Source: Camelus ferus | Taxonomy: Eukaryota | NCBI RefSeq assembly: GCF_009834535.1 | Contig: NC_045696.1 | Span: 35,218,001 to 35,282,000 of the forward strand | Reading direction: 5' to 3' | DNA: 64,000 nt | Shown: one piece after another, positions 54,545-64,000 of the stretch | How the letters are laid out: each line of letters starts with the position of its first letter | How positions within the stretch are numbered: position 1 is the first letter of the stretch | Position numbers and translations under genes: made by a program | The notes under the pieces: model-generated | Databases searched by the model: none | What the model was told of the DNA's origin: nothing | Seen by the model: only the letters and a program-made list of their open reading frames with translations

Positions 54545-57500
54545 ATGAAATTCTAAGATGGCAGAGTAAGAAGTACCAGGAATTAGTCTTTCCACCCAGA
54601 CAGTAATTACACAGGATTAATCTGTCTGATATAACTAATTTGGAACTTTAGAGTCTGTAAAAGGCTTGCAAATTTCAGGGAGGGCTTATATGTTAAATTG
54701 TGTTAATTCTGGTCAATTTCAGCTCTTAGTTTGCTAGTGGCTACCCGGTCCACACCCCTGGCCCTGTGCACATTTTCCCAATGACTTATATGCAGCTTTC
54801 AGGAGTAAAGATGGACAATAAGGACCTTGTCCTTCAAATATCAGGAACCTGTGTTCTGACTGCTGTTTGCTGCTTCTGATCACAGAGATGCAGACAGAGT
54901 CAGGCAGCCACTGCAGTTGCACCTCCTCTCATTGTTACAAGCCCCTCCTCTCAACCTGAAGTGACTTCCAGGGGACTTAAAGAAACAGTGCCTAACACCC
55001 CACTTCTTGTTTTTATTTCCTTTTTTGAGATCCTGGCATTATACACCAGGACATTAAAAAGCAATTTCGTATAGGGGAGAAATTAAAAAGCCACCACACA
55101 TGCTCAGAGAAAGCCATAGGCTCAGAAGGAACCTAAGAAAACCTTAAATTTACACCTCAAGCTGATCCTCAGCACAGAGACAGGTTACGAAATAAACAAA
55201 CCAAAACATATAAACAAAAAACAGCAAACTTTGGATCATGGGAAAATATAATTTCCAGAGTTACCACATTATTAGATTTAAGTATCTGGTTTTACATAAA
55301 AAAATCACAAGTCATACAAAGAAATAGGGGAGTATGGCCTACTTAAGTACTCAAAGGAAAAAAAAAAAATCAACAGAAATTGTCCCTTAGAAAGACCTGA
55401 TGGCAGATATACTAGACAAAGACTTTGAAGATAATCAAAGAATTAAAGAAAGGCATGGCAAAAAAAAACCAAGAAAATTATGTACAGAATATCAATAAAG
55501 ATTCAGGAACAATGAAATGAAACCAAAAATTTCAGGAGCTAAAAATTACAATAAGTGAAGTGAAAAATTTACCAGAGTGATTCGGAGGAACATTTGAACA
55601 GGCAAAAGAAAGAATATGCAACCTTGAAGATAGTACAATTTAATACTGAGTCTGAGTAACAAAAAGAAAAAAATTTTAAAAAGTTAAAGAGAGCTTCAGG
55701 GACCTGTGGGACACACTATGGGAGTCTCAGAAAGAGAAAAAAGAAAGGTACAGAGATAAAACATGAAAAAATAATGACAGAAAAATCCCCAAATTTGATA
55801 AAATATATGAATATAAATACACAAGAAGCACAGGAAACTCCAAGTAGGAGAAAATCAAGAGACTCACACCAGGACATATTATAATCAAACTGTAGAAATC
55901 AAAGATAGAGAATCTTGACAGCAGCAAGAGAGAAGTGATTCATCACATACAAGAGATCTGCGATGAAATGATCATTCAGATTTATTATCAGAAACTTTAG
56001 AAGCTAGAAGGCAACTGGCTGATATTCATAGGGCTAAAAGAAGAAACTATCAACCAAAAATCTTATACCTAGCAAAACTGTTCTTCAAATGTGAGGAAGA
56101 AATTGAAACACTCTCAGATAAACAAAGGCTGATGGAGTTTATTACCACCAGAAATGCTAAAAGTAGCTTTGCAAGTGAAATAGAAGGACACCAGATAGTA
56201 ACTCAAAGCCATGTAAGGAAATAAAGAGCAAAGAAAAGGTAAATATATGGTCAATTATAAAAGTATTTTTGTAACTTTGGTTCATAATTCCACATTTTGT
56301 TTCCTATATAATTTAAGAGACTAATTATTAAAAAATTATTAGCTATGTTTTTAGACGCACAATACATAAAGGTATAATTTTATGACATCAACTGAAAGAG
56401 ATGGGGGCAGAGACAGACAAATGCAGAGTTTTTGTATATAGTCAAAGTTAAGATGGTATAAATTTATATTAGAGTGTTATAAGTTTAGGGTGTTAAATGT
56501 AATCTCCATCATAACCACAAAGATAATAGCTATAAAATAAAAAAGGGAAATAAAAAATTTAAAGGACTTCATTATAAAATATTATCCAAACATAAAAAGG
56601 CAGTAATGTAGAAAATGAGAAACAAAAAAATTCCAGTGCAAAAATATAGCATATGTAAACATATAGCAAAATGACAGAAATTCCTCCTTATCAATAATTA
56701 CTTTAAATGTAAATATATTAAACTCTTCAGTCAAAAGACAGAAATTGGCAGAATGTATTAAAAAATGATTCAACTATCTATTGTTTATATGAGACTTACT
56801 TTAGATCCAAAGATACACACAGATTGAGAGTGAAAGAAAGTAAAATAGATATTTCACACAAATAGCAATCACCAGAGAGCAGAGGTGGCAATATTGATAT
56901 CAGACAAAAATGAAATTTAAATCAAGAGTTAACAAAAGACAAAGAAAGACATTATACATTAATAAAAGGTTAAATATAACTGTTAAATATAACTGTTATC
57001 AACATTTACACAATTAATAGCAGACCATCACAATATAAAGCAACATTGACAGAACTGAAAAAATAGAATGTTCTATGGTTAATATCTGGAGATTTCAGTA
57101 CTGCACTCCCAATAGTGGGTAGAACAACCATATAAAAGATAAGGAAATAGAAAGATTAATGTTCAAAAATCAGTTGCATTTCTTTTCACTAATGATGAAT
57201 CAAAGAAAAAGAAAGTAAAGAAACAATCCCCTTTAAAATAGCACCCAAAATAATAAAATACCTAGGAGTAAATCTAACCAAGGAAGTAAAAGACATACAT
57301 GGAAAACTATAAACCATTGATGAAGGAAATTAAAGAAGACTTTAAAAAATGGAAAGATATTCCATGCTCCTGGATTGGAAGATCAATATTGTTAAAGTGG
57401 TCATACTGCCCAAGGCAATCTACAGATTTAATGCAATCCCTATCCAATTACCCAGGACATATTTCACAGAACTAGAACAAATCATAATAAAATTTATATG

Positions 57501-60500
57501 AAACCACAAAAGACCTAGAATTGCCAAAGCATTACTGAAGAGAAAGAAAGAGGCTGGAGGAATAATTCTCCCAGACTTCAGGCAATACTATACAGCTACA
57601 GTCATCAAGACAGCATGGCTATTGGTACAAAAACAGACATATAGACCAATGGAACAGAATAGAGGGCCCAGACATGAACCCACAAACTTTTCGTCAACTA
57701 ATCTTTGACAAAGGAGGCAAGAATATACATTGGAATAAAGACAGTCTCTTCAGCAAATGGTGTTGGGAAAACTGGACAGCAGCATGTAAAACAATGAAGC
57801 TAGAACACTCCCTTACACCATACACAAAAATCAACTCAAGATGGATCAAAGACTTAAACATAAGACAAGATACAATAAACCTCCTAGAAGAAAATATAGG
57901 CAAAACATTATCTGACATACATCTCAAAAATTTTCTCCTAGAAGAAATAAAAGCAAGAATAAACAAATAGGACCTAATGAAACTTACAAGCTTCTGCACA
58001 GCAAAGGAAACCATAATTAAAACAAAAAGACAACCTACGGAATGGGAAAAAATTTTTGCAAATGAAACCGACAAAGGCTTGATCTCCAGAATATATAAGC
58101 AGCTCATATGACTCAACAAGAAAAAAATAAACAACCCAATCCAAAAATGGGCAGAAGACCTAAACAAGCAATTCTCCAAGGATGACATACAAATGATCAA
58201 TAGGCCCATGAAAAAATTCTCAATATCACTAATTATCAGAGAAATGCAAATCAAAACTAAATGAGGTATCACCTCACACCAGTCAGAATGGCCATCATTC
58301 AAAAGTCCACAAATGACAAATGCTGGAGAGGCTGTGGAGAAAAGGGAACCCTCCCACACTGCTGGTGGGAATGCAGTTTGGTGCAGCCACTGTGGAAAAC
58401 AGTATGGAGATTCCTCCAAAGACTAGGAATAGACTTACCATATGACCCAGGAATCCCACTCCTGGGCATATATCCAGAAGGAACCCTACTTCAAAATGAC
58501 ACTTGCACCCCAGTGTTCATAGCAGCACTATTTACAATAGCCAAGACATGGAAACAGCTTAAATGTCCATCAACAGATGACTAGATAAAGAAGATGTTGT
58601 ATATTTATACAACAGAATAGTATTCAGCCATAAAAACCGACAACATAACGCCATTTGCAGCAACATGGATGTTACTGGAGAATGTCATTCTAAGTGAAGT
58701 AAGACAGGAAGAGAAAGAAAAATACCATATGAGATCACTCATATGTGGAATCTAAAAAAATCAAAAACAAAAACAAAAAAACAAAACAGAAACAGACCCA
58801 TAGACATAGAATACAAACTTGTGGTTGCCAGGGGGTTAGGAAGCTGGCTAGGATTTCAAAATGTAGAATAGATAAACAAAATTGTACTGTGTAGCACAGG
58901 GAAATATATACAGGATCTTGTGGTGGCTCTCTGCGAAACAGAATGTGACAATGAATGTATGTATGTTCATGTATAACTGAAAAATTGTGCTCTACACTGG
59001 AATTTGACACAACATTGTAAAATGACTATAACTCAATAAAAAATGTTTATATAAAAAACATAAATAAATAAAGTAAGTAAATAAGATAAGGAAATAGAGA
59101 ACTTGAACAGCACAATAAACCAACTAGTTCCAACAGACATACACAGAACACTCTATTCAACAACAAAATATACAGTCTTGTCAAGTGAACATGAAAAAAT
59201 CTCCAGAACAAATCATACATAGGGCCACAAATTAAGTCTCAATAGATCTGAAAAGATGAGTATCATAAAAAGCATCTTTTCCCACCACAGTATAATGGAG
59301 TTAGGAATCAGTATCAGAAGAAAAGCTGGAAAATTCAGAAATTTTTAGAAATTAAACAAAACACTCTCAATGAATCCATGGATCAAAGAAGAAATTACAA
59401 GGAAATAAAAACAGAAACATAACATACTAATATACTAACTCTCATGGAGTACAATGAAACAGTGTTAGGGGAAAATTTATAGCTATACTGCTTACATTAA
59501 AAAAGGAAGGAAGATCTCACATCAACAACGTATCTTTAAACTTAGTAAACTAGAAAAGAAAAAAAATTAAACCCAGAAGGAAGAAAATAATGGCAGAAGG
59601 AAGAAAGTAATAAAAATTAGATAAAAGATGAATAAAATAAGGAATATAAACAATACAGAAAATCAATAAAGCCAAAAGTTAGTTCTTAAAAATATCAAAA
59701 AAATGATACATCTTTGGCTAGATTAAGAAAAAAGATAGAAGACTCAAATCAGAAAAATTAAAAAAAAAATAAAAGTGGGAACATTATTACCATTTCTACA
59801 GAAATAAAGAGAGCAGTATGAACAATTGTACACCAACAAAATGGATAACTTAGAGGAAATGGAAAAAGTGCCTAGATACAAAGCACTTGCCAAGACTAAA
59901 TCATGAAGAAATGAAAATCTGAATAGATCTATAAGTCAAAAACTGAACTGGCAATTAACAATATTCCAACCAAGAATAGAGCCCTGGACCTGATGGATTA
60001 CTGGATAATTCTACCAATCACTTAAAGAAGAACTAACACCAATTCTTCTCAAACTTCTGAAAAACACTGAAGAGACAGAATGCATCTTTATTCATTCTGT
60101 GAGGCCTGTATTACTCTGATACAAAAGTCAGGCAAAGATACTAAAAGAAAACTACAGACCAATAACCCTTACTAATGCTGATGCAAAAATGCTCAACAAA
60201 ATATTAGCAAACAGAATTCAGCAGCATGTGAAAAGGATTATATACCTCATCCATGTGATATTTATTCCTGGAATGCAAGGATGGTTCAACATACAAAAAT
60301 CAATCAATGTAATGTACCATATTAACAGAATAAAGAGGAAAAAAACAAATGGTCATCACAATTGATGTGGAAAAAGTATTTTACAAAATTCAAAACACTT
60401 TCATGTAAAATATTCAACAAACTAGGAAATAAGCCCTCACATATAGGTTCAAATAATTATGACAAGGGGGACAAGACTAATGAGAAAAGGATAGTGGTAC

Positions 60501-61750
60501 TAGGGAAACTGGGTATCCATATACAAAAGAATGAGATTGGGCCTTTACTTAACACTACATACAATTATTGACTTGAAATACATCAAAGACTTACCTGTAA
60601 GACCTAAAACTATAAAATTCTTAAAACATAGGCTAAAACCTTCATGACATTAAATTTGGTAATAATTTCTTGGATATGACACTGAAGGCATATGCAACAC
60701 AAGAAAAACTAGGCAAAATGGATTTCCTGAACAATGAAAAAACTGTGGGCATCAAAATATACTGTCAATAGAGTAAAACGGTAACCCACAGAATGGGAGA
60801 AAATATTTACAAATCATATATCTGCTAAGGAATTAATATCTAAATTATATAGATAATTCTTAAAACTCAACAACAAAAAAACAAAACAACCCAATTCAAA
60901 AACAGGCCAAGAGCCTGAACAGATATTTCTCCAAAGAAAATACACAAGTGGCCAGTAAGCATATGGAAAATTGCTCAATATCACTAATCACTAGGGAAAT
61001 GCAAATCAGAAGCACAATGAGTTACTACCTCACACTTGTTAGGATGCTTACTCTTAAAGAGAATGTAACAAGTATGGTGAGGATATGGAAAACTGGAACC
61101 CTTGTGTACTGTTGGTGGGAATATAAAATGGTGCAACTGCTATGGAAAACAGTATAGTGGTTCCTCAAAAAAATTTAAAAAAAAAAATAGAATTACCATA
61201 TGATTCATCAATTCCATTTCTGGGGTATGCAGCCAAAAGAATTTAAAGTGGAGTTTTGAAGCAACATTTGTATACCCATGTTCATGGCAGCATTACTCAC
61301 AATAGCTAAAATGTGGAAACAATCCAAGTGCACACTGACAGATGAATAGATAAGCAAAATGTGATATGTACATACAATGAGATATCATTCAACCTTAAAA
61401 AAGGAAGGAAATTCTAACATGTCCTACAACATGGATGAACCTTGAAAAAATTATTCTAAGTGAAATAACCCCATCACAAAGAGATAGATACTATATGACT
61501 CCACTCATATGAAGTACTTAGAATAGTCAAAATCATAAGGACAGAAAGTAGAATGGTGTTGACAAGGGGCTGAAGGAATGGAGAATTACTGTTTCATGAT
61601 GTAGAGGCTCAGTTTTGTAAGATGACAAGTGTTCTGGAGATGGATGATGGTGATGGTTGCACAACAATATAAACATATTTAATACCTCTAAACTCTAAAG
61701 TAGGTTAAAAATGATAAATTTTATGAGTACTTTACCACAATTTTTAAAAG
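54545..61750 (+). mobile_element. Old L1 (L1MB-type 3' end) with 5'UTR, ORF1, ORF2 and 3'UTR remnants; interrupted and internally deleted
   Basis: 5' end aagatggcagagtaagaag; ORF1 remnants about 55400-56170; ORF2 remnants about 56670-57135 and 59099-61520; 3'UTR gagatggatgatggtgatggttgcacaacaat...tttaccacaattttt typical of L1MB/late L1MA. Confidence 0.85.
57152..59082 (+). mobile_element. Younger 5'-truncated L1 (camelid-like 3'UTR) inserted into the old L1
   Basis: Perfect 16-bp TSD aagataaggaaataga (57136-57151 and 59083-59098). Well-preserved ORF2 C-terminal pieces ([25 protein letters not shown]...[18 protein letters not shown]), aataaa, and an A-rich/(TAAA)n tail. Confidence 0.95.
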
Positions 61751-62419
61751 GTTTTTTTTTAAAAACTAAAGGAAAACAAACATTCCTTTTAGTCATTAAG
61801 CTCTACAAGTGTGATAGATTCTCACATTAATGTTACTTTGATATTTATGTTTATACTTTCACATATGCTTGAGTTATTGTTATACTGTTTATACAATTTC
61901 TTTTAGTATAAAAATGTGAGCTCCCTCTTTCTATACTTCAAATGTCATTAACATTAACATAAACATGAAATTTTCCCCAGATTTTTCATTGAAGTTGCCT
62001 CAGAAGTTATATTTAACTTATTATTGGGATTCTGTATATAACTCAAGATTATACAATAAAATCAGATGTTTCATCTATAGTAAAAAAAATTTTTGAAAGA
62101 CTAGTTGTAAAAGATAAGGGGAATTTGTATGACCAATGAATAACACCAACATTTCTATAATACATTCACATACTATTCACATATATTATCTGTTAATACT
62201 TCTAATACACATCATTTGTAGTTATTTTTAAAAGATTATTCAGAATTCCAACAATGAGCCAGTTCATTAGATGGGTTCTAAATATTGCAAATTCAGCCCT
62301 TGCTTAACTGGTTGAAAATAACAAGTCACTTTCCTTCTATGCCCATATGTTCATTCCATTTCAGACACATCAGCACTCTTAAAATTCTTAAAAACAAACA
62401 AACAAGAAACCTAGTTTTG

Positions 62420-62815
62420 TTTCATTCCACTCCTGGACCATTGGCCTTGCTTCTCCTTCTGCCTAGAATGTCCCTTCTTTAGGTCAGGACAGGATCACTC
62501 CATCCCTTTATTAATCTCCCCTTAACTGTCATCTCCTTAGTGAACTCTTCCTTGACTAACTTATATTCATTAAGTTCTTTTTCAAAACTTCTCTTCTAAC
62601 TGGTCACTTATCAATCCCACAGCTTCCTTTATTTTTCTTCTCAGTTGAAAATATTTTTAATTAAAACATACTAATCTGTTTACTTTCATTAGGTATTTCC
62701 CAATGAGACAAAGCGTAGCCCCTTGAGGTAGGAGCTATGTTCTATGTCCCTCTGCGTCTCGTGCAGAGAGAAGAGCAGGGACTCACAATGATTTATTAAA
62801 TACATGGATGAATCA
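62420..62815 (+). mobile_element. L2 3' end
   Basis: gccttgcttctccttctgcctagaatgtcccttc...ccttgaggtaggagctatgttc...actcacaatgatttattaaat. Confidence 0.7.
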
Positions 62816-64000
62816 CACAATGCACTAAAATGGCAGGAGGCTATTCCTGCCAGTTGTTAATATTTCAAAGAACAGGGCCCTTCTTGTCTACTTAGGCTTT
62901 TCTTTCATAATTATAAGACACTGTGAATATATACTTAATAGAAGTAAGAGTCAGGTAAAAGGATGTTCTCTCAGGAATGTGTAATATACTCCAGAGTTGA
63001 AGTAGGGGGTTAGAGTTTCAGTGACTGACAAAGTTACAGATGGAATCTTTGCATAAGTGAATGAAACAGAACCAACTGCAATAAGTGAGCTCATTTGCAG
63101 TTTGTTGTTTTCATAAACAATACCTATCAATCAACCAAAACCAGCTGCTCAATTTTCAGAAGCTATGGGTGAAATTCTTTACTGAAAAGGGTAATAAACT
63201 CAACACTAAAATACATGTGAGCATCTAATTCAGAATTGCCCTTCTAGGCTTTTATTAAACTAGCACAAAATAAAACCATTTCTTCCATCTAACTTTTGAA
63301 TTTGTCCAGAGTTGTAATAACTTTCACAGGTCAAAGAAAAAGAAATTTTGTTTTTGAAAAGCTTTCAAAATCTGCTTCTGATAAATGGAGACAATTGACA
63401 AAATCTTGAAGGGATTTTTTTTTCAACTGAGAAATAAAATTTTAATCACAAAAGCTCACATCAATTACTACTCACCCATTTGACTCAATCTTGCCTGAGT
63501 ACAAACTACATGATGTGCAGACTCCATATCTCATTCAGGCTTAGTTTTCTTACTACCCCCCAAGTGTATGCTGACCACTTTTCATGTTCTTTTAGTGTAG
63601 CTTTTCATCACATTTGAAATTCCCTAGGGTTTTAGGATTTTTAAAATAATTTTCTATGACCAATTATTATGCTCAAAACAGCTTAGTTTTCCTTTTGTGT
63701 GTTACAAAACTCTGATCAATATTTTAAGTGATGTTTGGTGGTTTAGCTCCAAGTCTCTTCCATGTGAACCGACTTTTCTTACTCAGGTTGTGTGAATAGA
63801 AATTATAGCGTGTCAGTTCCACGCTTTGCTCTTTATTTATATGGTATGATAAATGCATTCAGAACCAAAAGACATCTATTTCTTCACTCCAGACTTGGAT
63901 TAACCATACATTAGCCACTTCCTCCTGTTTTGGATCAAACCCTACTCTCGGAACACAGTTTATTCGGTAGCATTAATGGGACATCTAGATCTGCTTTTTT

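Noticed and set aside
57694..58419. Longest ORF in the window (241 aa, minus strand, hydrophobic)
   Set aside because: It is the antisense reading of L1 ORF2, which commonly yields such pseudo-membrane ORFs. The same applies to 32187-32663.
1..64000. Prokaryotic-type systems (CRISPR arrays, operons, defence islands), tRNA/rRNA genes, CpG island
   Set aside because: The sequence is mammalian repeat-rich non-coding DNA. I saw no regularly spaced repeat-spacer array, long intact ORF, cloverleaf or CpG-dense segment.

Overview
AT-rich, CpG-depleted eutherian genomic DNA that reads as a large intron or gene desert. I found no recognisable protein-coding exon, RNA gene or CpG island. The ORF-track ORFs are degenerate transposon remnants (L1 ORF2, Tigger1 transposase, ERVL gag) or chance ORFs. 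Main features: (1) a near full-length cetartiodactyl-type L1 (27024-33352) nested in an ancient L1, with a recognisable 15-bp target-site duplication (TSD); (2) an L1MB-type element (about 54545-61750) split by a younger 5'-truncated L1 with a perfect 16-bp TSD; (3) a near full-length Tigger1 (37318-39502); (4) a two-LTR, internally deleted ERVL of the LTR16/ERV3-16A3 type (about 16298-18470); (5) many MIR, L2, MLT1 and MER fossils. The young L1 3' end resembles camelid L1 as I recall it, and I saw no primate, ruminant or pig SINEs, so a camelid source is a tentative inference. Several repeat-free, CpG-retaining, motif-dense blocks look like conserved non-coding elements, including one candidate first exon and one candidate structured element. 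I cannot support a novel biological system. Repeat family names come from recalled consensus sequences and need RepeatMasker/Dfam confirmation; most old-repeat boundaries are approximate.
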